From the NCBI GenBank assembly GCA_965203805.1, contig OZ241917.1, positions 3,456,001 to 3,520,000 on the forward strand: DNA of 64,000 nucleotides. The letters are read 5' to 3'. The position numbers were made by a program, and so were the translations under genes. Shown here in pieces: positions 37,820 through 48,067 of the stretch (positions are counted from its first letter, which is position 1; every line of letters begins with the position of its first letter). This DNA is from Candidatus Latescibacterota bacterium. Its GTDB lineage: Bacteria > Latescibacterota > UBA2968 > GCA-2709665. The notes under the pieces were generated by a model that ran no database searches, had not been told where the DNA came from, and worked only from the letters and a program-made list of their open reading frames with translations.

Positions 37820-38998
37820 TCAGAAATTGTACGTAAAGTGGATATCGAGCCGGTTGGCGATTCCGTCGTTCGTTCCCTTGTACGTGGTTTTCCAGTACAA
37901 ATATTCGACCGCCACCTGTAATGGCTTCCAGGGCCGATATCGGCCGACAGCGTAGAAGGCGCCATTCCTGGTACGCCCGCCCGAGGGCACGGCATCCTCG
38001 TCCGGCCTCTCCATCGTTGCCCCGGCATAGAGCTTCCACCGGGCATTCGGCATGATCACGATCTGGGCCCACCCGCCGGTGGAGGCGATCTCTTCGCCCG
38101 TTGCGGTGTTGACGCCCTGACCGATGCCGCCGCGAATATCCGTGAGGTTCCTGCCGGTCCAGCCTTCACCCTGAACAGTCAACTGGTCAGTGAGCGAAAT
38201 GGAAGCATCAACGCCAACGGCGGACGAGGTGAATCGGGTCTGGCCACCCACGGGTGTTGCGGTCTCTTCCGTTCCCAGGTGGGCCCACGCGCCGGCCTTG
38301 AATTTAGGCTGTTCCAGCCCCAGCCGCGTCTGCAGAAACGGCAATGCGGCGTCCCAGCCATCCAGAATGCCGTTCCTGTCCAGGTCCTTCTTGTCCACGG
38401 CTCCGGTCTGGCCCGCCGCCACGGCCAGGGAAAAGCCGCCTTTCGGTTTGTACGTGAGCCTCGCCTGGGGATGCCGGTCTCCCAGGTTGCCCGCGTGCCA
38501 CATCAGACCGTCATTGTTGGCGATCGGAAAGATCGGCGAAATCACGTCCCAGCACTGGCCGGCGAGAAAATGCCAGTCCCCCCGCTGCAGATTGAAATAG
38601 GCCTGCCGGAGGCGCAGGATCTGGCGCGATTCACTGCCTCCGTTCTGAAAATCGATCTCGACCAGGCCGCTGATGCTGGAGGTCTCGTCCAATTTCACGG
38701 GCTTGAATCTGGCGCCGAGGCGGGTGAGACGCGGGTACATGGTCAAATTGCCATCGGTTTCGGCGCCGGGGTCTTCCGGCTTGACCCAGAAGCCGAATTG
38801 GTGGCTTTGCATCTTCGAATCGTCGATTACGGCGTCGAAACGGACAAAACCGTAAACCGAGAATTCTCCGGCATCGGCCGAATTCCCCCCGCTCAACAGG
38901 CAGGCCAACATTGCTGCGGCGATAGCCTTTTTCAAGAATCCGCTCCTTTGCAGAAGAGTACCCAGATCCGACAGAACGTTTGCGACGAATCCCAGCAA
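37820..38998 (-). CDS. DcaP-like outer-membrane porin
   Basis: VYGFVRFDA, TRLG, LRLRQAY, LAGQ.W, alternating beta pattern and C-terminal YNF. Start uncertain. Confidence 0.78.
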   Translation of the reverse strand: MLGFVANVLSDLGTLLQRSGFLKKAIAAAMLACLLSGGNSADAGEFSVYGFVRFDAVIDDSKMQSHQFGFWVKPEDPGAETDGNLTMYPRLTRLGARFKPVKLDETSSISGLVEIDFQNGGSESRQILRLRQAYFNLQRGDWHFLAGQCWDVISPIFPIANNDGLMWHAGNLGDRHPQARLTYKPKGGFSLAVAAGQTGAVDKKDLDRNGILDGWDAALPFLQTRLGLEQPKFKAGAWAHLGTEETATPVGGQTRFTSSAVGVDASISLTDQLTVQGEGWTGRNLTDIRGGIGQGVNTATGEEIASTGGWAQIVIMPNARWKLYAGATMERPDEDAVPSGGRTRNGAFYAVGRYRPWKPLQVAVEYLYWKTTYKGTNDGIANRLDIHFTYNF

Positions 38999-39034
38999 AC
39001 CGCCGGCATTTCCAGCTTCTGGCGCCAGCGGGAT

Positions 39035-39268
39035 CTATTCTTCAGCCGCCTCTTCCGCTTTATCGCCGTTTTGTGCGCGGACGCGTTCCACGTAGGACCG
39101 GCCCCTGCTTACGGCTTTATCCACGTTGCGTCGAACGGACTGGCGGGTTTCAATACCGCTTCTGGGCGCCAGCATCACACCGGCGATGATTCCAAGTGCC
39201 ATTCCGATGATTGCGCCCAGGCCGAATATGCCCAGAAACAGACTCACGTCGTTCGTCTCGCGATCCAC
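39035..39268 (-). CDS. YtxH-domain protein
   Basis: LGAIIG...GVMLAPRSGIETRQ motif; GGAGG RBS. Confidence 0.85.
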   Translation of the reverse strand: MDRETNDVSLFLGIFGLGAIIGMALGIIAGVMLAPRSGIETRQSVRRNVDKAVSRGRSYVERVRAQNGDKAEEAAEE

Positions 39269-39476
39269 CGAAGCCTCCTCGTCAGTTGGTTGTCCCGCAA
39301 TAGTATTCTCACACGAATCTCTAACTTATAATGCAAATTATCAGAATAGTCAATGCATTTGGGGAAATCCGCGCGGAAACGGCGGGTATATATCGCGGAA
39401 CAGACGATTCGGTTTCGGCAATCTCCGCGGAACAGAGGCGCCGACAATCGGTCGATTCAGCGGGGACCCGCCGCAA

Positions 39477-40748
39477 TCAGCGATCGTAGAACCACGCCAG
39501 CGGATAGACACGCAGTACCAGTTCCCCGGGCTTTCTGGCCGTCAGCCTGCGTTCACCGAGCGTCACGGCCTCGCCCGTTTCCTCATTCGCCTCCACCCAG
39601 CTTCGATGGTACATCAGCAGCACCCGGTCCCCGTGAAACCATACGTTCGCGTAATCGAACGTGGCGAAGTCCTCCGGCAGCGTTCCCAGTTCCGGAAGCG
39701 CGACGACGGGACTGACCGGATACTGAGGGGGAACCCGCGCCACGTCCTCCATGCCGCCGCTGAGTTCGATCGTCCGGAAGTGCGACCAGCTGGCCCCGTT
39801 GTCGCTCGAAACCGCGGCTGACAACCTGCCGCGCCGGTACCCTCTCAGGATCTCCTCGCGCGACGTCTGGTTCCAGACGCACATCAGGTCGCCGGTACCC
39901 GGAATCCGCCTGATCCTGGACGGCGAATAGGAAGCGGCGAGATCGCTGGGAACCACCGGCGTCCAGGTCTCGCCGCCGTCCTCGCTGTAGCTCTGCACCA
40001 GCCGCCCCACCGTGGACCTCGCCATCATCATCAGCCGTCCATCCGGACACGCCGCCACGCCGGGCTCATCCACAGCGGTAATGCCGCCCCGGCCGTTCGG
40101 AATGCCCTCGGCATCGAACCAGCCCATCAGCTGACCCCGACACATCTGCCAGGTGCGGCCTTCGTCGTCCGAATAACTCACCGAAGCAATATCCACCTCC
40201 GGGTAATGATAGTGCCCGCTCACCTGCAGGCGGCGCCCTTTCCAGAACCCGTAGCTGCTCACGCGCGAGTACTCCAGCCCCGAGTGATGGTTGTTGCCGT
40301 GGCAGATCCGGCTCGGCATCACCATCCGGCCGCCGGGCATCTGGATCATCGTGTCGTAATACGGTCCGCCGAGCAGATTCATCGGCCATTCTCCGGACCA
40401 GGACCTGCCCTCGTCGTCCGATACCGAAAGGAAAAACGGGTTCCAGTTGAACATCTCGGACCCGCGATGTCGATTCCCGCGACCGAGGTGCGCGAGGGCC
40501 AGCCTGCCCGACGACAACCGGATGCAGGACAGGCAGGAGGTTTCGCCAAGCGAATCCCAGTCCGGCGCATCCGTACCTACCCAGGTCAGCCCTGAGTCTT
40601 CGGACCGGTAACACCTGCGGCCCGCGATCATCATCAGCCCGTCTTGTACCTCAACGACGGCCGTTGCGCTTCCGGCGCCCAGGCCGATATGTTCTGTAAC
40701 GCCTTCAGGCAAAGCCTTGCGAAATATAGGCTTTCCCGGATCGGTCAT
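39477..40748 (-). CDS. Sialidase/BNR (Asp-box) beta-propeller protein
   Basis: Asp-boxes SEDSGLTW, SDDEGRSW, SDDEGRTW, SEDGGETW, SSDNGASW. Confidence 0.88.
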   Translation of the reverse strand: MTDPGKPIFRKALPEGVTEHIGLGAGSATAVVEVQDGLMMIAGRRCYRSEDSGLTWVGTDAPDWDSLGETSCLSCIRLSSGRLALAHLGRGNRHRGSEMFNWNPFFLSVSDDEGRSWSGEWPMNLLGGPYYDTMIQMPGGRMVMPSRICHGNNHHSGLEYSRVSSYGFWKGRRLQVSGHYHYPEVDIASVSYSDDEGRTWQMCRGQLMGWFDAEGIPNGRGGITAVDEPGVAACPDGRLMMMARSTVGRLVQSYSEDGGETWTPVVPSDLAASYSPSRIRRIPGTGDLMCVWNQTSREEILRGYRRGRLSAAVSSDNGASWSHFRTIELSGGMEDVARVPPQYPVSPVVALPELGTLPEDFATFDYANVWFHGDRVLLMYHRSWVEANEETGEAVTLGERRLTARKPGELVLRVYPLAWFYDR

Positions 40749-40843
40749 GCGTATGTCCTCCCTGGTCCCGCAACGTTCGCATTCGTGATCTCATGGACGG
40801 CATCTCGGCTGTGAAGGGCATTCGGCGGCGCAAGTGCCATTCC

Positions 40844-42226
40844 CTACCTGAAACGTATGGCGTAGAGGTCGGCCGCTCTCATTGCCGCGCGAAGACGCAC
40901 AGGCCTTCCTGCCAGGGCCGACACGTCCGGACCGTTGTCCCAGCGGACCGTCCGCGCGATCTCGTCACCGAAGATCCCGGCGCTTTCCGAGAGCGTGCGG
41001 CCGGCGATGGGGCGGCCCTGCTCGTCCTGCATCTCGAACCGGATTTCGCCGGCCACGGAGGTGGAGTAGTTGATGACCAGCTCACTGCCTGCGAAGGTGA
41101 AGGGCCTGGTTACCATCTCGCCGCCGCAGAAGGGCGCGTTGACGGAGACGAAACCGTCGGTCCGAAGGACGCCTCGACGGAGCCGGCACGTCGGGTTCCG
41201 GTAGTTCTCTACGTAATAGATCGAAATCTCCCCGGGTCCGGTGGGCACGACGCCGACGCCGGCGGCCATGTTCCGCTCATTCCAGTTCCTCGAGTCAAGG
41301 CCGGGGCGGATGAACGGACCCATAAACCGGCGGTCCCACCGGATGCCGTCCCGGCTGGTCATGAAGACCCCCTCGGAAAGGCCGTCGAACGGCCATTCCT
41401 TGTGGAACTTCCGGCCCAGGCGAAGCCGTTTGGGGAACATCATGTAGTTGTGCGGAGCGCGGAAGTAGAGGGTCGCCGCGTTGGTGTACAGGTGCTCCGT
41501 CTGCCTTCCGCCCATGTCGATCAGCTCCGGCACGGTCCAGTCCAGAAAGTCGTCCGACTCGGCCCTCCGAATCGAGCGGTATACGCCACCCTTAGCCGGA
41601 CCGGTACCACGATCGCAATCGGGCGTGAAACCCCTCAAGTAGGCGACGTACTTGCGAATATTGACGTCCCAGAAGGCCACGTTGGGGGAGTCGAAGACGG
41701 GACGGTCGTCGGGCGGCGCATGCAGGATCGGCCCGTCCCGGATCAGCTCCCAATGGATGCCGTCGGGCGAACCATAGCCGTAAATCGTGGAGCGTCCGTC
41801 CAGCTTTTCGCCCCTCAGGAATCCCTTGTACCGCTGTGAGTCCGGCGCCGCCGGATTGGGGTCCTTGAAGACGCAGGCGTTCCAGTGCACGGCCCCCATG
41901 ACGATATTGTTCTCCTTCGAGCCGTCGAACTCGTGGAGCCCGAGGATCGGACGCTCGAAGTGGATGCCGTCCGGGCTTTCGGCGTAACAGGTCGTGCGGT
42001 TCGTTCCATCAGGGCCGGTGGCGCGGTACCAGAGGCGGTAGCGCCCGTCGTCGAGGGTGACGTTGGCTGCCCACGACGTCTCCCCTTCCCAGGGTTGGTC
42101 GAAGTCGAGGGCGACCTCCGCAGGCACTGGAGGATGGAGCTTGAGGCTCGTGTCCGTCATCGTGTCGATCAGCCAGTCGTCGACGAACAGTTCAAGCCTG
42201 GAGCCAATGTTTCTCACGCCGGCCAT
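40844..42226 (-). CDS. Putative glycoside hydrolase, GH32/43-like five-bladed propeller
   Basis: ELFVDDWLI, YRLWYR, YAESPDGIHF, TSRDGIRW, LRTDGFVS, LYAIRF. Confidence 0.75.
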   Translation of the reverse strand: MAGVRNIGSRLELFVDDWLIDTMTDTSLKLHPPVPAEVALDFDQPWEGETSWAANVTLDDGRYRLWYRATGPDGTNRTTCYAESPDGIHFERPILGLHEFDGSKENNIVMGAVHWNACVFKDPNPAAPDSQRYKGFLRGEKLDGRSTIYGYGSPDGIHWELIRDGPILHAPPDDRPVFDSPNVAFWDVNIRKYVAYLRGFTPDCDRGTGPAKGGVYRSIRRAESDDFLDWTVPELIDMGGRQTEHLYTNAATLYFRAPHNYMMFPKRLRLGRKFHKEWPFDGLSEGVFMTSRDGIRWDRRFMGPFIRPGLDSRNWNERNMAAGVGVVPTGPGEISIYYVENYRNPTCRLRRGVLRTDGFVSVNAPFCGGEMVTRPFTFAGSELVINYSTSVAGEIRFEMQDEQGRPIAGRTLSESAGIFGDEIARTVRWDNGPDVSALAGRPVRLRAAMRAADLYAIRFR

Positions 42227-42272
42227 GGATCATCCTCCTGACATGCCGATACTGCAACTACCGGCTGACCTG

Positions 42273-43496
42273 CTAATTCCAATCCACCGGCGAATGCAAC
42301 TCTCCCAGAAGCACCCGCCGCACACGGTCCAGGCCGTGGATCACCGTCCACCGTCGAACCAGGTCCGAGTCATCGAAACGCCGCCCCTGCTCGTTCATAC
42401 TCAGCTCACCCGGGCCTCGAACCGCGATTACCGTCGAGTTCCCGTTGAAAGGACCGATCATCGCCAACCCCACGCCGCCTTCCGGCGCAACGCGCTCCGC
42501 CAGCACGCCGGCCATCGTCCGTTCATCGGCGCTTCGAGGCAATCCGCTCCGAGCGGCAGCCGTCGCCCGCTCGGCATCGCTCCCGTGCAAATCCGTGAAC
42601 ACGACGCTCCGGAATCCCGCCTCGCCCAACTCCCGAGACAGTTGACCGCCGGTAAGTCCGTCCACCACTCCCAGTTTCAGATTACGCTGTGTCAGGAGCC
42701 TGCCCACGACTTCGGCAACCGTCTCTTTCTCCACGCCGTAGACCGAAACACCCAGCCGGCGCCGCAGTTCGGCTTCCATACCGTCAATCAGCGCGTCGGC
42801 ATCCGCTTCCGAATCGGCCCTGGCTGTCACGCGAACGTCCGTCTGCCCCGCGTGCGCCGCCAGGCCGACCGACGGGTTCGAAGACGCCATCAGGTCGCCG
42901 ATGCCACGATCGATATTGCTTTCGCCAACCGCGCACGTCCGGAGGACCCGCACCCGGATGACCTTCACCCCGCCCATCCTTTCCACGAGCAGGGGCACGA
43001 CGGAATGCTCCATCATGTGCGCGAGTTCGCGGGGCACACCCGGCAGGCAGACAATGAACCCGCGCCCTTCCGTGTCTTCGCTCAGAAAACAGGGCGCCGT
43101 CCCAACGGGATTCTCCAGTGGCAGCGCGCCTTCCGGCAGGTACGCCTGCCGTTTGTTGTTTGCGGCCATTTCCCGCCCGAAGTTCCGGAACCGGGCGGCG
43201 ATCTGCGCCTCCAGGTCGTCGCTGTAAACCAGCTTTCGTCCGGTTGCGCGCGCGATCGCCTGCCGGGTCACGTCGTCAACCGTCGGCCCGATGCCGCCTG
43301 ACGTGATCACCACGTCCGACCTGTCCAGCGCGAGGTTGAGGACTTCGGTGATGCGTTCCTCGTTGTCTCCGACGGTGGTCTTGTAATAGAGGTCCATTCC
43401 GATATTTCGGAGCGCAACGGCCAGCAGATTCGCGTTCGTGTCGACGATTTCTCCCAGCAGAAGCTCGGTCCCGACCATAACAATCTCAGCGCGCAC
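42273..43496 (-). CDS. cinA: CinA family protein (MocF-like domain + degenerate PncC domain)
   Basis: AEIVMVGTELLLGEIVDTNA, SGGIGPTVDDVT, NPVGTAP, LPGVPREL. Confidence 0.88.
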   Translation of the reverse strand: MRAEIVMVGTELLLGEIVDTNANLLAVALRNIGMDLYYKTTVGDNEERITEVLNLALDRSDVVITSGGIGPTVDDVTRQAIARATGRKLVYSDDLEAQIAARFRNFGREMAANNKRQAYLPEGALPLENPVGTAPCFLSEDTEGRGFIVCLPGVPRELAHMMEHSVVPLLVERMGGVKVIRVRVLRTCAVGESNIDRGIGDLMASSNPSVGLAAHAGQTDVRVTARADSEADADALIDGMEAELRRRLGVSVYGVEKETVAEVVGRLLTQRNLKLGVVDGLTGGQLSRELGEAGFRSVVFTDLHGSDAERATAAARSGLPRSADERTMAGVLAERVAPEGGVGLAMIGPFNGNSTVIAVRGPGELSMNEQGRRFDDSDLVRRWTVIHGLDRVRRVLLGELHSPVDWN

Positions 43497-43522
43497 AATT
43501 CCCCCTCAAGCTATTAAGAAGC

Positions 43523-43670
43523 GGTGAGACGTAAGAGGGTAGACGGTAGAGGATAACATTTACAGCAGAGTTTCCACACAAACCGTGCCTGCTAATTTAC
43601 CGTTATCGTAACGACTGGAAAAACCATAGGGCACTGGTATCATCTCACGTCTCCCTTCTCACGTCTCCCC
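43523..43670 (+). repeat. Repeat family R4
   Basis: Core is identical to the copy at 9280-9420. Confidence 0.85.
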
Positions 43671-43686
43671 CCTCTTCAGGTGCTCT

Positions 43687-45276
43687 TCATCGAAAGATCG
43701 GCGCCGCGGCCGGTTCGATCGCCACGTTCACGCACGCGGGGAGGCCGGATGCCACCGCGTCGTTCAGCGCGTCCGGGAGATCCGCCGCCTCGTCCACAAA
43801 CGCGCCGTACCCGCCAAGCGCCTCCGCCACCCGTTCGTACCGCGTCGCGAGCAGATCGCATCCCACGGTACGATCTGCGCCGTAGATTTCGACCTGGAGT
43901 TGATGCTCGGCATTCCACCTTGCGTCGTTTCCGACGATGACGACAACCGGAAGCCCGTAGCGCAATGCCGTATCCAGTTCCATCGCATGATAACCGAATG
44001 TCCCGTCTCCCAGCAAAACGAATACCGTCCTGTCCGGATGCGCCAGCTTTGCCGCCAGACCCATCGGGAGCGCGCTCCCGATGGCGCCGGACGGTCCGTT
44101 GATCAACCGGGTCTCCGCCGCCAGTCCCGCCTGCGCCCATTGCCCGAATTCCCCGCCGTCGCTCACGAATACCGCCCCGGCGTCCAGGTACGGCTGTACC
44201 GCTTCGCATACGGCCAGCGGATGCAAGGGGCCTGCCGTCCCCCGCGACCGCCCGTCCCACTCCGATGGCGCGGCGCTCCGGGACCTTTCCACCACCGACC
44301 GCCACTTCCCGTTGTTCCACGACCGCGCGGACGCCCCGGCCGAAAGCCGACGGGTCGTCTCCCACGGGTCAGCGCACTGGCGCAGCGCCACGCAGGCGTC
44401 GCCGCGCAACGCGCTCGGGTCAGCGTCGATCTGGATGAAACGCCGCTGTTCGGAAAAGAAAGGCGGCTGACCGAATCGCAGCGAAAAATCCAGTTTCTTG
44501 CCCAGGAGCAGCACGACGTCGGCCTCCTCCAGACACACCGCCGCCCGTCGAAGCGCGGGATCGTTCACGCCGCGCGGGCTTTCCATGGGCAGCGCGGGAA
44601 TTCCTGTTGTATCCACCAGCTCTTGCACGGCCGACCAGCGTTGCGCCCGCGCCATCGCGGGCCCTGCCAGGATCAGCGGCCGCTCCGCGTGCTCCAGCAG
44701 ATCCAGCACGGCGCCCGGATCGGCGTCCGCCGCATCCTTCGCAGGTTCCGGTTGGTCAGCGCTTGTACACGGCGCCGATGCCTCCAGGACGTCGGACGGC
44801 AAACTCAGGTGCACCGGCCCCGGACGGCCGGATACGGCCAGCCCCAGCGCCCTCGACAGGCCGCTCGCCAGATCTTCACGTCTCGCCACCCGCCAGGATG
44901 CCTTGGCCACGGGACGCGCGGCCGCCGCCTGGTCCACCTCCTGAAACGCCCCCCTCCCGATCTGGGCCTCGGGGCAATGTCCGCTCAGCATCACCACGGG
45001 AGACTCCGCCATCAACGCCACGTAGAGCGCCGACAGCCCGTTGCAATGACCGGGGCCCGCCGTCAGCAGCGCGACGCCGGGCTCGTCGGTCAGCCGTCCC
45101 CAACCGTCCGCCATATGCACCGCCGCTGCTTCGTGCCGGGTGTGGATCAGTTCGATATCCCGCCCGATGGTCGCATCGTAAACCGGTAGGATCTGATTGC
45201 CCGACAGCGAGAACAGATGTTTCACTCCGGCCGCCGTCAACCCGTCGACGAGCACCTCCGCGCCGGTCATTGACAT
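43687..45276 (-). CDS. Thiamine-diphosphate-dependent enzyme (acetolactate synthase / 2-hydroxyacyl-CoA lyase-like)
   Basis: TRHEAAAVHMADGWGR, TAGPG, ThDP motif GDGTFG...GND. Confidence 0.9.
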   Translation of the reverse strand: MSMTGAEVLVDGLTAAGVKHLFSLSGNQILPVYDATIGRDIELIHTRHEAAAVHMADGWGRLTDEPGVALLTAGPGHCNGLSALYVALMAESPVVMLSGHCPEAQIGRGAFQEVDQAAAARPVAKASWRVARREDLASGLSRALGLAVSGRPGPVHLSLPSDVLEASAPCTSADQPEPAKDAADADPGAVLDLLEHAERPLILAGPAMARAQRWSAVQELVDTTGIPALPMESPRGVNDPALRRAAVCLEEADVVLLLGKKLDFSLRFGQPPFFSEQRRFIQIDADPSALRGDACVALRQCADPWETTRRLSAGASARSWNNGKWRSVVERSRSAAPSEWDGRSRGTAGPLHPLAVCEAVQPYLDAGAVFVSDGGEFGQWAQAGLAAETRLINGPSGAIGSALPMGLAAKLAHPDRTVFVLLGDGTFGYHAMELDTALRYGLPVVVIVGNDARWNAEHQLQVEIYGADRTVGCDLLATRYERVAEALGGYGAFVDEAADLPDALNDAVASGLPACVNVAIEPAAAPIFR

Positions 45277-45323
45277 GGAATGCTTCCTTCCTTAGCCCGT
45301 TGCGGGCGCACAACCCGATCAGG

Positions 45324-46610
45324 CTACGTTCCCGGACCCGGACGCATCGGCTCGAACCTGCCCCTGATCAGAGCGTTCATCTCACGCGCCCTGCGCAATG
45401 TCTCCGCAACTTCCTCTTTCAGGTCTTCCGGCCAGTAGACCGTACCCTTGCGGACCGTCGCCACCGGCTGAATCATACGTGCGCCCATCTCCAGGTTGTC
45501 CGCGACATCCCGAAACTCGAACGCGCCTTCCCGGACCTCGAACGCCGCCAGGTCCGCCACGGTCCCGACCTTCAGCGTTCCCAGCTCGTCTTCCCGGCCG
45601 ATCGCCGCGGCCGGCGCCGCCGTTGTCTGGTAGACGACCTCCGGAAGCTCCATGCCGAGGTTCAGCATCTTGGAGGCCGTTTCGGGCAGGCTGTGAACCG
45701 GATCGTTCAGACAATGCACGTGCAGATCCGTGCTGATCACGTCGGAAGGGAATCCCTGCGCAAGGGCTTTCTTTGCAACATCGAATAAAAAACTGCCGCC
45801 GCCGTGGCCCAGGTCGAACAGGACGCCCCGTTCCCGTGCCTCCCACACCTCGGGAATAACCGTCTCTTCGTTACCGAGGATGGTATCACCGCCGCCGTGA
45901 TAACAGTGGGTGACAATATCGCCCGGCCGGACCTCACCCAGCACATCCGGAAGCGGAACGCCTGCACCGGCGTGTACCATCACCCTGGAATTCGAGAACT
46001 CGGCGGCTTTCACCGCGAGCTTCAGGGGCGCAACGCCGTTTTCGCCCACCTGGTGACTGCCCTCGCGCACCTTCACGCCCACGCAGAGTTCCGGCCACGT
46101 ACCAATCACATATGCCGTGCGTTCCGGGTCCGCGTACCTCATGTCCACCATTTCACCCACGGGTCCATAGGTCAATCCGATGCCGCTGATGTGAACGAAG
46201 GTGAGGACCTGCGTCCGCGCCGGCGCCGCCACGTAATCCCGAAAGCCCATAAAGTTCGCCCATCCCGGGCTGCCCGCATCCACGACCGTGGTCACGCCCG
46301 TTGCCAGGCACAGCGCGTCCGCCCGGATGCCCCAGGTGGTGGCGCCCGCGTAGATGTGGGTATGGATATCGATCCAGCCCGGTGTGAGTATCCTGCCGGC
46401 GAGATCAACCGTCTCTCTGGCAGGCTCGGCGATCTCCTTCTCAACAGCGGCGATCGTTTCGCCGCGGATCGCCACGTCATAGACCCCGTTCAACCCCTGG
46501 GCGCCGTCAATCACGGTGCCGCCTTTCAACACCAGATCGTAGACCATAGCCCCGATTCCTTGCTCGAAATGCCGGTACTCCCGCGTCCTTTCGGGATCCG
46601 GTTGTTTCAC
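45324..46610 (-). CDS. Metal-dependent amidohydrolase (dihydroorotase-like/deacetylase family)
   Basis: LVLKGGTVID, PGWIDIHTH, GVTTVVDAGS, VGVKVR, DLGHG, ISTDLH. The start may be 46547. Confidence 0.88.
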   Translation of the reverse strand: MKQPDPERTREYRHFEQGIGAMVYDLVLKGGTVIDGAQGLNGVYDVAIRGETIAAVEKEIAEPARETVDLAGRILTPGWIDIHTHIYAGATTWGIRADALCLATGVTTVVDAGSPGWANFMGFRDYVAAPARTQVLTFVHISGIGLTYGPVGEMVDMRYADPERTAYVIGTWPELCVGVKVREGSHQVGENGVAPLKLAVKAAEFSNSRVMVHAGAGVPLPDVLGEVRPGDIVTHCYHGGGDTILGNEETVIPEVWEARERGVLFDLGHGGGSFLFDVAKKALAQGFPSDVISTDLHVHCLNDPVHSLPETASKMLNLGMELPEVVYQTTAAPAAAIGREDELGTLKVGTVADLAAFEVREGAFEFRDVADNLEMGARMIQPVATVRKGTVYWPEDLKEEVAETLRRAREMNALIRGRFEPMRPGPGT

Positions 46611-47341
46611 CGGCGCAGGACGGTATGGAACCGCTTGACCAGCAGAGCCAGAGCCAATCCGTTTACCACCAGTCCGACCAGTCCGTACACAACGTATCCT
46701 TTGCCGGACGCAACCAGCCAGAACATCTTCATCGGCCAGTAGGTAGGCACCAGACCGGCGAGATACTGCCAGTCGGACACCACAAAAAAAGCGATCACGG
46801 GAATCATGGTGATCGCGTTCAGGATCTTTACGAAAGCGAACCCGGTTACCTTGTTCTCCGCAAAACCCGCCAGCGCGAGCGCGGTAATCGGGGCATTGAA
46901 CGAAGCCAGCAGCGACACCGCCGCCAGATCGGACAACGAGACCGGCAGCAGACCGATCAGGCGATAACCGGCAATCGTAATGACGAAGCCGGACACCAGT
47001 GGAATCGTGATCCTGTAGGCCAGATACCCGTCCGCCGACGCGGGTGTGACCATTAGCGCCGTAAGCATCCGGTCATCCCGCTCGTCCAGCAGAAGAAAGC
47101 CGATTACCGTGCCGATCATCCCCGGCGCCGTCATCACGTAGGTGCTCATCAGCAGGGGGTAATACGGCCTCAGATCAAATGCATGGACCTCGAGCAGCCA
47201 GTCGGCCAGCGACGGCAGTCCGAATCGATACAGGGCGGCGATCAACAACGGCATGGCGGCCATCCAGGCCAACAGCCTGTCGCGCTTCACGTTCCTGAAA
47301 TCAACCCAGCCGAGGGATCGATAGGCAGCCAGCATCTGCAA
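46607..47341 (-). CDS. ABC-2 exporter permease (fluoroquinolone exporter Rv2686c-like)
   Basis: GFLLLDERDDRMLTALMVTP, AENKVTGFA, VPTYWP. Confidence 0.8.
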   Translation of the reverse strand: MQMLAAYRSLGWVDFRNVKRDRLLAWMAAMPLLIAALYRFGLPSLADWLLEVHAFDLRPYYPLLMSTYVMTAPGMIGTVIGFLLLDERDDRMLTALMVTPASADGYLAYRITIPLVSGFVITIAGYRLIGLLPVSLSDLAAVSLLASFNAPITALALAGFAENKVTGFAFVKILNAITMIPVIAFFVVSDWQYLAGLVPTYWPMKMFWLVASGKGYVVYGLVGLVVNGLALALLVKRFHTVLRR

Positions 47342-47356
47342 GGATCGGTACTCCCG

Positions 47357-48067
47357 CTATACGCCCGCTTCGCGGACGACGAACCGGTAAAACCGGCGCC
47401 GCGCAATGGCAAAGCCAACACCGGTCCATGCAATCGCCGCCGCGATCGAAAGAACCGTCTCCACGATGCCGGTTGGACGAAATGCCGCCCGCATCAGTTC
47501 CATGGCCGGCTCCAACGGATGAAAAACGAAGATCGACCGGTCCGCCAGTCCGAAATGCGGCAGCAGAGGCAGCAGCAGCGCCGTCACGTAGAGGACGGAA
47601 GGAATCAGGAACGCGTTGATCGAACCATACCGCACAACCACGATAAACCCCGCCAGCGAGTAAATCGCCCCCATCACGAATGCGCCCGCCAGCAATGGCG
47701 CCCAGTTTCCGCGGACTCCCAGAACGACCACGACGATCAACAGGCTCTCCACGATCGCCAGCAGCGTCAATGAAACGACCTTCGAGACCAGGTACTCCAG
47801 GTCTCGAAGGGGCGTTGCCGCCAGCGAGGTCAGAATGCCCTCGCTCTTCTCGATCAGAACCAGACCGCTGATGAAGTAAAACGTCGTAACATAGAGGTTG
47901 ATTGCGAAAAATGCCGGCACGACGACACCGGCATCCGCTCGCCCGATTCCCGGTATCAGGCTGAACAGCGCTCCCCAGAACAACACCATGCCGACGCCAA
48001 CCGCATAGAACTTATACCTGTACTGCAACATCGCATCCCGGCGGAGAACCGAAAACAGGCGCTTCAT
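47357..48067 (-). CDS. ABC-2 exporter permease (Rv2687c-like)
   Basis: DAMLQYRYKFY, FISGLVLIEKSEGIL..LAATPLR..EYL.SK. Confidence 0.8.
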   Translation of the reverse strand: MKRLFSVLRRDAMLQYRYKFYAVGVGMVLFWGALFSLIPGIGRADAGVVVPAFFAINLYVTTFYFISGLVLIEKSEGILTSLAATPLRDLEYLVSKVVSLTLLAIVESLLIVVVVLGVRGNWAPLLAGAFVMGAIYSLAGFIVVVRYGSINAFLIPSVLYVTALLLPLLPHFGLADRSIFVFHPLEPAMELMRAAFRPTGIVETVLSIAAAIAWTGVGFAIARRRFYRFVVREAGV

